Below are positions 1 to 11,096 of a stretch of DNA of 45,195 nt, piece after piece. The notes beneath the pieces were generated by a model, which worked only from the letters and a program-made list of their open reading frames with translations, had not been told where the DNA came from and searched no databases. Numbering within the stretch: the stretch's first letter is position 1; the number at the start of each line of letters is the position of its first letter. The position numbers and the translations under genes are program-made. This DNA is from Chiloscyllium plagiosum (taxonomy: Eukaryota). The stretch is from NCBI RefSeq assembly GCF_004010195.1, contig NC_057720.1, forward strand, positions 3,016,034 to 3,061,228, in the 5' to 3' direction.

Positions 1-1
1 A

Positions 2-375
2 CCCGGCCCCCCGCTTCCTGCAGCCGCTCACAGCCCGGGCCCGGGGCCTCGGGGAGACATTCCCAGTCCCAGGGCAGACTCCCCCATTCCCAATCCCATT
101 CCCAGTCCCAGGGCAGACTCCCCCAATCCCAATCCCAGTCCCAGTCCCAGGGCAGACTCCCCCATTCCCAATCCCAGTCCCAGGCCAGATTCTCCCAGTC
201 CCAGGGTCAGGGCAGATTCCGTCTTTCCCAATCCAGGAACCAAAGCCGAGAGTCCCATTCCCAGTGCGGGAGCTGGGGGTCTGTACTTGGGAGCCAGTGC
301 CGACAGTGTGGACCCTGACGTGTTGGAGGAGAGGCAGCGATGTTCCTCTGGGAAACGGAAGATCTCCCTGTCAGG
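2..375 (+). CDS. ZNHIT6: ZNHIT6 coding exon 1 (5'-partial; start codon upstream of window)
   Basis: Stop-free frame from position 2: PGPPLPAAAHSPGPGPRGDIPSPRADSPIPNP...DVLEERQRCSSGKRKISLS(G), ending at donor GG|GTAAGG (376). KRKISLS resembles the KRKLAMS segment that precedes the zf-HIT domain in human ZNHIT6 (from recall). Phase 2 matches exon 2. GC/CpG-rich, as expected for a first exon. Confidence 0.75.
59..235 (+). repeat. Coding tandem repeat in exon 1 (CCCAGT/CCCAAT/CCCATT hexamers plus CCCAGGGCAGACTCC units)
   Basis: About five imperfect copies encoding SPRADSP(IPNP)n. Confidence 0.8.
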
Positions 376-899
376 GTAAGGATGCTGACTCCGAGCTGTT
401 TGAATGTGAAGGGTGAGAGGGCGATGCTGGTGTCTGTGACAATGCCACTGGAGAGAGGAGGCTCTCAGTCAGAGGGAAGCAGGGACAGCCACTCCCTGTC
501 CATGCAGCTTCTCTGAGCAGAGTTCACGGTCTACGAGTCAATGATAGGGGGCATGACCGTACACAAAGAGGCCATTCAACCCCTCGATCCTCTCCGAGCG
601 GAATGGATTCTTCCTAAGGTGTGGACACAAGTTCTAGTTGGGGCTTGAGTGGACCTTTAAACAGATCCCTGCTATTTGTGAAGTCTAAGATCCCATTAGC
701 TTTGCTAATCATTCCCTCAAAACGTGCCGCTGCTCTCAAAGCTGGATATACAGGAACCTCCTGATCCTCCTTGTGAGCAGGATTGGGCCCTGTCTCTCAG
801 GAAGGATGTCCTGGCATTGGTGGGGGAGCGGGTATACAAGAATGATCCTGGGGATGAAGGATCAGTTGAGGAACAGTCGAGGGCTCTCGATCTGTCACT

Positions 900-1160
900 T
901 GATGGAGTTTAGAAGGATGAGGGGGGCATCTGATTGAAACCGAATATTGAGGGGCCTGGATGGAGTGGACATGGAGAAGATGTATCTGGTTAGCATGGAC
1001 GAGTTGGACCGAAGGGTCTGTTTCTGTGCTGTACATCTCTGTGACTCTATAGCAGGAGAGAAGGCAGGAGAATGGGATTGAGAAACACATCAGCTATGGT
1101 CGAATGACAGAGCAGACTCGACGGGCCGAATGGCCTAATTCTGCTCCTGTAACTTATGGT
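900..1160 (+). mobile_element. CR1 LINE 3' fragments
   Basis: ggacgagttggaccgaagggtctgtttctgtgctg and gggccgaatggcctaattctgctcct 3'-UTR stem-loop motifs shared with other copies in the window. Confidence 0.7.
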
Positions 1161-1164
1161 CTTC

Positions 1165-1300
1165 GTTCTGAGGAAGGGTCACCAAACCCAAAACATTAAC
1201 TCTGATTTCTCTCCACAGACACTGCTAGACTTGCTGTGCTTTTCCAGCAATTTCTGTTTTTGTTTCTGATTTACAGTATCCGCAGTCCTTTTGGTTTTTA
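1165..1300 (+). mobile_element. Penelope-like terminal repeat fragment with degenerate hammerhead motif
   Basis: gtt-CTGAGGA-agggt...accc-AAAA-CATT-aac followed by gacttgctgtgcttttccagca, homologous to the other terminal repeats. Confidence 0.6.
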
Positions 1301-1334
1301 CTAAGTTGTGGCTGACCCAGTTTGTTCTACTTCT

Positions 1335-1545
1335 TTCACGCGGACGTCATTGGCTGGGTCCTTACTAATTGTCCTGGGAGAAGATGGTGCTGAGACCCTT
1401 TCTTGGACTGCTGTGGGGTAGGGGCTCTCAGACTGCCGTGAGGGAGGGAGTTCCAGGATTTTGACCCAATGATGGTGAAGTCACGATGATATATTTTCGT
1501 GTGAGGGATGTGTGGCTCAGAGGGAAACTTGCAGCCGATCAAAGT
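1335..1545 (-). mobile_element. L2-type LINE 3' fragment
   Basis: Reverse complement of the gggtcaaaatcctggaactccctccc...ggactgcagcggttcaagaaggcagctcacc tail seen at 26085-26260. Confidence 0.6.
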
Positions 1546-2434
1546 CTTGAGACATGCAACTTAGAAAACAGGAGCAGGAGTAGGCCATACGGCCTTTCAA
1601 GCCTGCTGCACCATTCAGTATGACCAGGGCTGAACACCCAACTCAGTCCCCTGTTCCTGCTTTCTCCCTTGAGCCCTAAGACCTGTTTCTAACTCTTTTC
1701 GAAAACACTCAATCTTTTGGCGCCAACTGCTGTGGTAGAGAATTCTACAGGCTCTTCGTGAAGACAGTTCTCTTCAACTGAGCCCGAAATGTCCTGCCTT
1801 GTCTCGTTTGCCTGTGAATCCCTGAGTCTGGGCTACATCTCTGACAAAGGGTTCCACCTTGCTCATTGTTCACATCTTCTCCCAGTTTTGTATCATTGGC
1901 AAATGTTGAAATTCTGTGTCCCGATAGCCAAGTTATTTTTAAATGTGACACAGAAACTGGATTGTAGTTAACCGTCAGTCGTCATTAAGTGGTGAATTCA
2001 GTATGGCAGCACCTGTACAGATTAGCATCCATTCACCAGCTAACCAATACTCAACTCTCATACAGTATGGATGTTGTTTATTTTGGTATTTCCTACAACA
2101 TGTCCTGATGAAAAATAAACACCTTTATTTCAGCAATACATAACTCTCTATACAACCAAACAACTAGACTCATTGGTCTGGCACTCAGGGAATGCCTCCA
2201 GCCTAGGGGGGGGAGAGAGATGTCTGAAATGCAACCAAAAATGTTTGGTGTTTTATTAGTTTGGCTCCTCGCTATCAATGTAACCTCCCACAGCTCCACA
2301 ATTCTCCATGATTTCTTCCCCTCATGAAGTCTAGTCCCTCACACATCCCAACTTCAACTGCTTCACCATTGGTGGCTGTATTTTCAGCTGTCTGGACCCC
2401 AAGCTCCTGGTTTCCTTTCTTCAACCTTTCCACC

Positions 2435-2530
2435 TGTCTCTCTGTCTCTATCGCACACTCTCAGTGTCTCTTGCTCTGTCTCTGTCTCACTCTCTCTCTG
2501 TCTCACTCTCTCTCTCTCACTCTCTCTTTC
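2435..2530. repeat. Imperfect (TC)n microsatellite
   Basis: tgtctctctgtctct...ctctctctctctcactctctctttc. Confidence 0.8.
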
Positions 2531-3549
2531 TTTAGGCCCTGCTTGAGATCCACCTTTTTGGCCAAACGTTTGGTCACCTGCCCCAATCACTCCTGAAGTA
2601 AAAGCAGAAAGTGCTGGAAAAGCTCAACAGGCCTTGCAGTGTCTGCAGGGAGGCAGAGTTAACATTGCAACTCGGCAGGTTCATCTCCAGATATCTCCTT
2701 TCAGGCAGTTACCATCAACACGATCACAAGACTGACCAGCTCCCACCAACCACAGTCTCCTCCAAACCTTTTATTCCTTTAATGTATCAATATCTATCAT
2801 AATGGCATAGAGGTCTACAACATGGATACAGGCCCTTCGGCCCGACTTGTCCATGCCGCCCAGTTTTCACAGTTTTAACCTGCATTTGATTGCGTTTGGT
2901 CCATATTCCTCTATACCTGTTATCCTGTATGTTTTCAATGATTGAGTATTCAGTCTTTTGGATTCATAACCCTTCAAGTGAAGGAATTACTCTTCATCTC
3001 AGTTCAAAATAATTGACCTGCTTATTCTGAGACTGTGGCCCCCAACTCTCAACTCCCCAACCAGGGTCAGAAATGATCTTGCATAATGCCTCGGGTGTCT
3101 CAGTGATGTAGGAACAGGAGTAGGTCATTCAGCCCCTTGAGCTTTTTCAACATTCAACGAGATCATACCTGATCTGTTACCTGACTCCACATCCCTACCT
3201 CTGGCCCATAGCCCTTACTAGCTTTTGCTTAACAAAAAATTATCTATCTCAGGTTTAAAATTTACAACTGATCGAGCATCCACTGCAACTTATGGAAAGG
3301 AGTTCCAAACCTCTCCCACCCTGTGTGAGTGGAAAAGCTTCCTAACCTCTCTCCTAAATGGTCCGGCCCTCATTCTCAGATGATGCCCCTAGTCCTGGAA
3401 TCCCTAACCAATGAATCGACCCTGTCTTCTCCTGTTAATATCCTGAAGACTTCAATCAGATCCCTCCTTAACTTTCAACATTCGAGAGAAAATAGGCCTC
3501 ATTTGTGTAATCTCTCCTAATAACAACCTCTGAAATCCAGGTATCATGA

Positions 3550-4835
3550 AAACATGGAATGTTACAGCGCCGTACAGGCCCTTAGGCCCTCGATGTTGTG
3601 CTGACCTGTGAAACCAATCTGAAGCCCATCTAACCTACACTATTCCATTCCCGTCCATATGTTTATCCAATGTCCATTTAAATGCCCATACAGTTGGCGA
3701 GTCTATTATTGTTGCAGGCAGTGCATTCCACACCCCTACTACTCTGAGTAAAGAAACTACCTCTGACATCTTCCCTATATCTATCACCCCTCAATTTAAA
3801 ACTAAGACCCCATGTGCTAGCCATCACCATCCGAGGAAAAAGGCTCTCCCTGCTACCCTATCTAACCCACTGATTATCTTATATGTCTCAATTAAGCCAC
3901 CTGTCAACCTTCTCTCTAACAAAAACAGCCTCAGTTCCCTCAGCCTTTCCTCATAACACCTTACCTCCATACCAGGCAACATCCAAGTAAATCTCCTCTG
4001 AACCCTTTCCAATGCTTCCACATCCTTCCCATAAAGCGGTGACCAGAACTGTACACAATACTCTAAGTGTGGCCGCACCAGAGTTTTGTACAGCTGCAAC
4101 ATGACCTCATGGCTCTGAAACTCAATCCCTCAACCAATAAAAACTAACACACCCTATACCTTCTTAACAACACTATCAATCTGGGTGGCAACTGTCAGGG
4201 ATCTATGTACATGAAGTCCGAGATCTCTCTGCTCATCTACACTACCAAGAATCTTACCATTAGCCCAGTACTCTGCATTCCCGTTGCTCCTCACACTTTT
4301 CCACATTAAACTCCATTTGCCGCCTCTCAGACCAGCCCTGCAGCTTATCTATGTCCTTCTGTAACCTGCAACATCTTCAGCATTGTCCACAACTCTACTG
4401 ACCTTAGTATCATCTGCAAATTTACTAACCTATCCTTCTATGCCCTCATCCAGGTCATTTATAAAAATGACAAACAGCAGTGGCCCCAAAACAGATTCTT
4501 GCGGTACCCCACTAGTAACTGAACTCCAGGATGAACATCTTCCATCAACCAGCACCCTTTGTCTTCTTTCAGCTAGCTAATTTCTGATCCAAACCACCAA
4601 ATCCCCCTCAATCCCATGTGTCCGTATTTTGTGCAATAGCCTACCGTGGGGAACCTTATCAAATGCCTTACATATACACCACATCAACCGCTTTACCACC
4701 ATCCACCTGTTTGGTCACCTTCTCAAAGAACTCAATAAGGTTTGTGAGGCATGACCTACCCTTCACAAAAACGTGTTGACTATCCCTAATCAACTTATTC
4801 CACTCTAGATGATAAATCCTATCTCTTAAAACCCT
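3550..4835 (-). mobile_element. CR1 LINE, 3' part of ORF2 (RT) and 3' UTR, decayed
   Basis: Minus ORFs MLQLYKTLVRPHLEYCVQFWSP...ERVQRRFT and QHVFVKGRSCLTNLIEFFEKVTKQVDGGKAVDVVYM are hallmark CR1 RT segments; the element continues at about 5345-5580. Confidence 0.92.
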
Positions 4836-4839
4836 TTTT

Positions 4840-5345
4840 AGGATGTTGTGAAACTTGAAAAGGTTCAGAAAAGATTTATAAGGATGTTGCCAGGGTTGGA
4901 AGATTTGAGCTATAGGGAGAGGTTGAACAGGCTGGGGCTGTTTTCCCTGGAGCGTCGGAAGCTGAGGAATGACCTTATAGAGGTTTATAAAATCATGAGG
5001 GGCATGGATAGGATAAATAGACAAACGCTCTTCCCTGGGGTGGGGGAGTCCAAATGGAGAGGGCATAGGTTTAGGGTGAGAGGAGAAAGATATAAAAGAG
5101 GCCTAAGGGGCAGCGTTTTCACACAGAAGGTGGTACGTGTGTGGAATGAGCTGCCAGAGGAAGTAGTGGAGACTGGTACAATTGCAATGTTTAAAAGGCA
5201 TTTGGATGGATATATGAATAGGAAGGGTTTGGAGGGATATGGGCCGGGTGCTGGCAGGTGGGACTAGATTGGGTTGGGATATCTGGTCACCATGGACGGG
5301 TTGGACCGAGGGGTCTTTTTCTGTGCTGTACGTCTTTATGTCTCT
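4840..5345 (+). mobile_element. CR1 LINE 3' end nested in an oppositely oriented CR1
   Basis: ORF 4848-5267 (LEKVQKRFIRMLPGLEDLSYRERLNRLGLFSLERR...) plus 3' UTR stem-loop. Confidence 0.9.
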
Positions 5346-5970
5346 TCCTGTAGACGATGACGACGTAAAGATCAAATCCAAAGGCTCAGCAATCTCCTCC
5401 CTGGCTTCCCAGAGAATCCTAGGATAAATTCGATCTGGCCCAGGGGATTTATCTATTTTCACACTTTCCAGAATTGCTAACACCTCCTTGTGAACCTCAA
5501 TCTCGTCTAGTCTCGGTATTCTCCTTGACAACGTTGTCTTTTTCCAGTGTGAATGCTGAAGAAACATATTCATTTAGCGCTCTCTCTTGTAAACCCATGT
5601 TGTACTCCCTCCAAGGACAATCTACCCTTCCTAAGGAGAGATGCCCCAATCTGCTCACAGAGCTCCAACTGAGGTCTACCCAGGGTTCATTGAATTTGCC
5701 TTCCTAACTGCCAGTTGAACCTGCATGTTAACCTTAGGAGAATCCTGAACCTGGATTCCCAAGTCACTCTGTTTTTCCGATTTCTGAAACCTTTTTCCAT
5801 TTGGAAAATATGCCTCCATTCTTCCTACCAAAGTGCACAACCTCACCCTTGCCCACATTGTATTCCATCTGCCACTTCTTGGTCCACTCTCCCAGCCTGT
5901 CCAAGTCCTTCAGCAGCCTCCCCAGTTCCTCAATGCCACCTGTCCCTCCATTTCTCCCTGTGTCATCTGC
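5345..5970 (-). mobile_element. CR1 LINE fragments
   Basis: KIDKSPGPDRIYPRILWEAREEIAEPL (5345-5580) and DLGIQVQDSPKVNMQVQLAVRKAN (5676-5858). Confidence 0.85.
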
Positions 5971-6339
5971 AAAGAGATAGATACAGGAGGAGAAAGAGAG
6001 AGTGTGTCTGAGAGATTCAGGGAATTAACTCCAAGTTGTTGGGCACGGGCAGCTGAAGGCACAGACCCCACTGAGGAAGTGATTAACATCAATCCAGAAT
6101 ATGAGCTGATTGGAAGAGTGACTGTGGCCATCTCTGATGGAGAGAGACCATCTACACAACAGGAGGTAAGACAGGTGCCCCAGCCACATTCTGAGGGAGG
6201 GTCCTGTCCGGTGGTCTACGCAGCCACAAATCTGACCCTGGCCGTTATATTCTGGAGGTGAGGGAGTACTTTGAGGTTGGTGTAGGATTCTGGAATTCCC
6301 AATTTAAAGCTGTTCCCTTTTCATTTTGTCTCCAAACAG

Positions 6340-6405
6340 GTGTGAAACATGTGGCGGTGCAGAGGCAAAATACAGGTGTCCTCGTTGTCTGGCCTATTCT
6401 TGCAG
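6340..6405 (+). CDS. ZNHIT6: ZNHIT6 exon 2 (zf-HIT first half)
   Basis: Acceptor ttttgtctccaaacAG|G; encodes [21 protein letters not shown](S), matching the HIT zinc finger [21 protein letters not shown] of ZNHIT6/BCD1; donor AG|GTAGAA. Confidence 0.95.
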
Positions 6406-6520
6406 GTAGAAGACCAAGTTCTGGTGAATTTTATAAAACATTGATGCAACCACAGCCTGAGTATTGCGAAGGAGAGCCAGTGGCCTAGTGGTAATTATCA
6501 CTAGGCTATTAATCCAGAGA

Positions 6521-6758
6521 AAGCGAGGACTGCAGATGCTGGAGATCAGAGCTGAAATTGTGTTGCTGGAAAAGCGCAGCAGGTCAGGCAGCATCCAAGG
6601 AGCAGGAGAATCGACGTTTCGGGCATGAGCCCTTCTTCAGGTCCAAGGTTAACAGTATATGAACAATTCCTGAAGAAGGGCTCATGCCCGAAACATCGAT
6701 TCTCCTGCTCCTTGGATGCTGCCTGACCTGCTGCGCTTTTCCAGCAACACATTTTCAG
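6521..6758. mobile_element. Fold-back Penelope-derived element (two inverted hammerhead-bearing terminal repeats)
   Basis: Arms 6552-6641 and 6669-6758 are reverse complements; TSD tattaatccagaga at 6507-6520 and 6759-6772. Confidence 0.85.
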
Positions 6759-6910
6759 TATTAATCCAGAGACCCGAGTAATGTTCTAGGGACCTGGGTT
6801 CAAATCCCACCATGGGAGATGGTGGAATTTGAATCTAATGAAGGAAAGAAAGTCTGGAATTAGGCCAAATAAACCATGGAACTGTTATTATCTGTAAACC
6901 TATCTGGTTC

Positions 6911-7821
6911 TTGTTGTTGTGGTTCTGTTCGCCGAGCTGGGAATTTGTGTTGCAGACGTTTCGTGGTCAAACCACTATAAATGCTGGAGGAAAGATCACA
7001 GAAGCGCTTCACAGGAGGCTCCCAAGCACTGAGGATGTCACCTAGACAGGGGACGAAACGTCTGCAACACAAATTCCCAAAAAAAACGTCGGCAAACAGA
7101 ACCACAACAACGAGCACCCAAGCTACAAATCTTCTCACAAANNNNNNNNNNNNNNNNNNNNNNNNNNNNNNNNNNNNNNNNNNNNNNNNNNNNNNNNNNN
7201 NNNNNNNNNNNNNNNNNNNNNNNNNNNNNNNNNNNNNNNNNNNNNNNNNNNNNNNNNNNNNNNNNNNNNNNNNNNNNNNNNNNNNNNNNNNNNNNNNNNN
7301 NNNNNNNNNNNNNNNNNNNNNNNNNNNNNNNNNNNNNNNNNNNNNNNNNNNNNNNNNNNNNNNNNNNNNNNNNNNNNNNNNNNNNNNNNNNNNNNNNNNN
7401 NNNNNNNNNNNNNNNNNNNNNNNNNNNNNNNNNNNNNNNNNNNNNNNNNNNNNNNNNNCCTTTTTGAATAGTGTCTTGATGCAACTTTTTTGTGTGTGTT
7501 GGGGTGGTTGCTTTCGTAGTTCAGGACTTGGTCTGTTTGTGTGGCTTTTCTGTTTACCTTTGTGGTGAATTCTCCATTCGGTGTTCTCTGTACCATCACG
7601 TCCAGGAATGGGAGTTGGTTGTCCTTTTCTTCCTCTCTAGTGAATCAGATTCCTGTGAGTGTGGCGTTGATGATCCGGTGTGTGTTCTCTATTTCTGTGT
7701 TTTTAATGATTACAAAGGTGTCATCCACATATCTGACCCAGAGTTTGGGTTGAATTTGCGGTAAGACTGTTTGTTCTAATCTTTGCATTACCGCTTCTGC
7801 TATGAGTCCAGAGATGGTTCA
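6911..7821 (-). mobile_element. Penelope-like element fragment (RT) with inverted terminal repeat; contains an assembly gap
   Basis: Minus ORF ...RTPNGEFTTKVNRKATQTDQVLNYESNHPNTHK resembles the PLE RT C-terminal region; terminal repeat present in both orientations (6911-6964 and about 6967-7141); TSD ctatctggttc at 6900-6910 and 7822-7832. Confidence 0.85.
7026..7065 (+). ncRNA. Minimal type I hammerhead ribozyme motif (PLE-associated)
   Basis: gca-CUGAGGA-u-guc(a)ccu-agac-agg(g)gac-GAAA-CG-UC-ugc: stem I gca/ugc, complete core, stem II, palindromic stem III (ACGU), predicted cleavage after C7062. Activity not shown. Confidence 0.75.
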
Positions 7822-8423
7822 CTATCTGGTTCACTAATGGGAAGGAAACTGCCACCATTACCCACTTCAGACCCACAGCAATGTGGATTACTCTCAAATG
7901 ACTCTCTGGTAATTAAGGATGGGCCTAGCCATCCTAATAAATGTCTCTGAACCAGTGATGCCCAAATGATTAAAACAAAAATGTTTAGAAAATCATAGTA
8001 AAATCAGCATATGTCTAGGTCCCTTGAGCCTGCTCTGTCACTAAACAAGATCCTCGTTGGTCTGTTTTAACAACTGAAACATGTTTTCTCTTGAATGTAG
8101 AAAATTAAGGGATGATCCAGTAGAAGTTTTCAAGATATTAACAGGAAGAGACAGAGTAGATACAGATAAACTGTTTCCATGTTTAGGCATTCTAGAAGCA
8201 GGGACACAGATTGAGAATGAGTGCCACACTGTTCAGGAGAGGTGTTAGGAAGCACTTGGACACCAGAAGGTGGGAGATATTCACTAGTGGTGAGTGGCCT
8301 GTCTGCATTTGGGTCTGTTGTCTCCCAGTTGGTAGTTCTGAGCAGTGTGTGGTGGGCATGGAGCTGGAGAAGCTGCCAGTCCTCTCCGCACTTGGAATGA
8401 TTTCCTGTTGATTTGTTTTGCAG

Positions 8424-8530
8424 CTTACCCTGTGTGAAGAAACACAAAGCTGCGAATGGCTGCAACGGAGTGCGGGATAAAACAGCCTTTACACCCCTCA
8501 GTCACTTCACCGAGATGCACCTCCTCAGCG
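8424..8530 (+). CDS. ZNHIT6: ZNHIT6 exon 3 (zf-HIT second half)
   Basis: tttgttttgcAG| then (S)[35 protein letters not shown](D), donor G|GTAAGG; matches SLPCVKKHK...CNGVRDKTA...FTEMNLLSD. Confidence 0.95.
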
Positions 8531-8602
8531 GTAAGGGTCTTTCGGTCTGGGGGTTGGGTGGGTCTTTTTACGCTGGGAGCTGATGTGGTCTTGCTGATTT
8601 AG

Positions 8603-8688
8603 ATTACAGGTTTCTGGAGGACACTGGGAGATTGACAGACATCGCAAATCGTGACCACACTGTTCACCGGCCGAGCACCAACAGATTT
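8603..8688 (+). CDS. ZNHIT6: ZNHIT6 exon 4
   Basis: gatttAG|AT TAC AGG; (D)YRFLEDTGRLTDIANRDHTVHRPSTNRF; donor TTT|GTACGT; conserved DYRFLED motif of BCD1. Confidence 0.93.
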
Positions 8689-8859
8689 GTACGTTCCAAC
8701 CTTGGTACCGATCAGGAGCTTTTCGTGAGAGTTTCACTTCATTCAGGGGCGACTGCTGCCTCACAATGCGGTTCAAGCAGTTTGTCTGCTGTTCCATTCT
8801 AGGAAGAGTCATCCCGGATTCTCAACGTTAACTCTGCTTTTCTCTCACCACAGAGGCTA

Positions 8860-9030
8860 GGGGATAGTGAGGACTACAGGTGTTGGAGAGTCAGAATCGA
8901 TAAAGCGTGACGCTGGAAAAAGTACAGCAGGTCAGGCAGAGTCTGAGGAGCAGGAGAGTCAATGTTTCGGCTATAAGCCATTCATAAAACAGACCCTGAA
9001 GAAGGGTCTTGCCTGAAACATCGACTCACT
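8860..9030. mobile_element. Diverged fold-back Penelope terminal repeat
   Basis: gctggaaaaagtacagcaggtcaggcag...tttcggc followed by CTGAAGAAGGGTCTTGCCTGAAACATCGAC. Confidence 0.6.
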
Positions 9031-9224
9031 GAGACCCTCTGTGAGCTGTCCCCAACAAAATAATATCATTCCTGAAATAAGGGGAACAAAATTGCTCCCA
9101 ATACTCCATATGTGATCCCCCCAGCACTTTGTACAGTTACAGTAAGACTATGGTTCCACAGTTTTCTCAAGGAGAGTTTCAAAGAATCGACACCTTCCAA
9201 AAGAAAAGATTTGTTTCATCTCTG

Positions 9225-9470
9225 TTTTAACTACAAATTGAGGGGTAGTAGATGTCAGAGACAGGTTCTTTACTCAGAGAGAGGTAAGGGCGTGGAATGC
9301 CCTGCCTGCCAATGTAGTCAACTCAGCCACATTAGGGGCATTTAAACAATCCTTGGATGAGCACATGGATGATGATGAGATAGTGTAGGGGGACAAGCTG
9401 AGAATAGTTCACAGGTCGGCGGAACACTGAGGGCCGAAGGGTCTGTTCTGCGCTGTATTGTTCTATGTTC
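9225..9470 (+). mobile_element. CR1 LINE 3' end
   Basis: aaattgaggggtagtagatgtcagag...gagggccgaagggtctgttctgcgctgtattgttctatgttcta tail. Confidence 0.8.
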
Positions 9471-9876
9471 TAAAGAGTAACTTCATGTTTTTAAACAATG
9501 GCAGGAGATGGAGAGAGAGACAGGGAAGATGGAACCCAGTGGCAGCCATTACAGTCTTAGACCCCTGTGACCCCATGATTGACCCATACCTGTGGAAGCC
9601 CTGTTCTAGACTATACCCTCTTTGGTTCAGAGTGCTCCCAAGTTTCAAATCATCTGGAAAATCTGAAATTGAGGAGGCACAGAGTTATCAGAGAATCTTG
9701 CGTCAATCCGAGTGTTTGGGCACAATGAGGAAGGAGCTGGAGGATTTTGAAAGCAAGGTTACAAATTTTAGAAGTCACTGGATTAATCTTCACCTTGGAC
9801 AAAGTGTTGGTTTTACTGTGAGTGATTCTCTCGAATATTTTCCTGTGTTTTTGTGATGGTGTCTCTTCCTTTGCAG

Positions 9877-9980
9877 CTAAACATTATGAAAAACAAAGCT
9901 CTGAAACATAACATCAACCTGAAGCTTTTACCCATTGGGTTTACAAAAAGAAGAGAGAATTCAACGTATTTCAATAAGAA
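9877..9980 (+). CDS. ZNHIT6: ZNHIT6 exon 5
   Basis: tcttcctttgcAG| LNIMKNKALKHNINLKLLPIGFTKRRENSTYFNK(K); donor AA|GTAAGT; matches INLKLLPNGFTKRKENST. Confidence 0.95.
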
Positions 9981-10464
9981 GTAAGTTTTCATAGTGAGGT
10001 GCAGGTAGTGAACGATGGAAATCTGTGCAATTCCACTCTTGCCCATGAGTGCTAGGAGAGTGCATCCTTTCTGAACTGACACCTTTGGATAAGACAGGGG
10101 AAGACAGAAATTCACCTGCTTAGATAAAACGTAGCACTGTTTATGTTGCACGGTATTTTAGACACACTTTGTTAATAGGTGGTGCCATAGTGGGAATGTT
10201 ACTGGCTTAATAATCCATGAGGCCCAGTTGATGCTGTTGGGAACATGAGTTTGAATCCCACCACAGCAGCTGATGGAATTTAAATTCACTTCATAAACCC
10301 ATTGGGAATGGTTTAGAAAGCTGCTGTCAGTAATTGCGAGCATTAACTTATCATCAATTGTCATTAAAAAGCTATCTCATTACTGGGAACACTGGAATTG
10401 GAGAAGGCCATTCAGCCCCTTGAGCCTGCTCCACCATTTAATATGGTTATGACTGATCTGTGGC

Positions 10465-10680
10465 CTAACCCCATATACCTGCCCTGGGACCATATCCCTT
10501 GATATCCTCCTAACCCCATATATCTTGGCCCAGAACCCTTCGTACCCTCCCTACTCCATATACTTCCCTGGATCCATATCCTTCATACCCTCCTAACCCC
10601 ATATACCTGCCTTGGGCCCATAACCTTCATACCCCCCTAACCCCATATACCTGCCCTTTGCCCATATCCCATCATACTTT
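10465..10680. repeat. Minisatellite, about 43-46 bp unit, about 5 copies
   Basis: Repeats of ctaaccccatatacctgccctgggaccatatcccttcataccctc. Confidence 0.8.
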
Positions 10681-10878
10681 TCCTTAATGAAGAAACATCT
10701 ATCTCAATTTAAAATTAACAACTGATCTCGCATCCACTGCTGTTTATGGAAAAGTTCCTAACATCTTTCCTGAATGCTCTGGACCGTAATTCTCAGACTA
10801 TACCCTGAGTTCTAGAATCCCCAACCAGTGGAAATAGTTTATCTTTGCCTATCCTGACCTGTCTTGTTAATATAGAGT

Positions 10879-11096
10879 GCGGTGCTGGAAAAGCACAGCC
10901 AGTCAGGCAGCATCCAAGGAGCAGAAGAATCGACATTTCAAGTATAAGCTCTTCTTCAGGAATGTGACATTTCCTGTTGAAGGATTTATGCCCAAAATGT
11001 CGATTCTCTTGCTCCTCGGATGCTGCCTGACCTGCTGTGTTTTTGCAGCACCACACTCCCGACCCTGATCTCCAGCATCTGCAGTCCTCACTTTCT
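10879..11096. mobile_element. Fold-back Penelope-derived element
   Basis: Inverted arms around 10960-10972; flanking direct repeat tcttgttaatatagagt at 10862-10878 and 11097-11113. Confidence 0.85.

Larger units (their letters stand above)
6477..7965 (+). mobile_element. tRNA-derived SINE with L2-like tail, interrupted by two Penelope-like insertions
   Basis: A-box-like gtggcctagtggt (6480), B-box-like gggttcaaatccc (about 6796), body ctggttcactaatg...ggaaggaaactgcc...acccacagcaatgtgg, tail aataaatg. Other copies at about 10180-10380, 28535-28765, 29270-29620(-), 33640-34240, 37730-38050, 39270-39560(-). Family name not assigned. Confidence 0.7.

Noticed and set aside
28..258. Minus-strand Gly/Leu-rich ORF
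   Set aside because: Antisense shadow of the exon 1 repeat; the + frame splices in phase to the zf-HIT exon.
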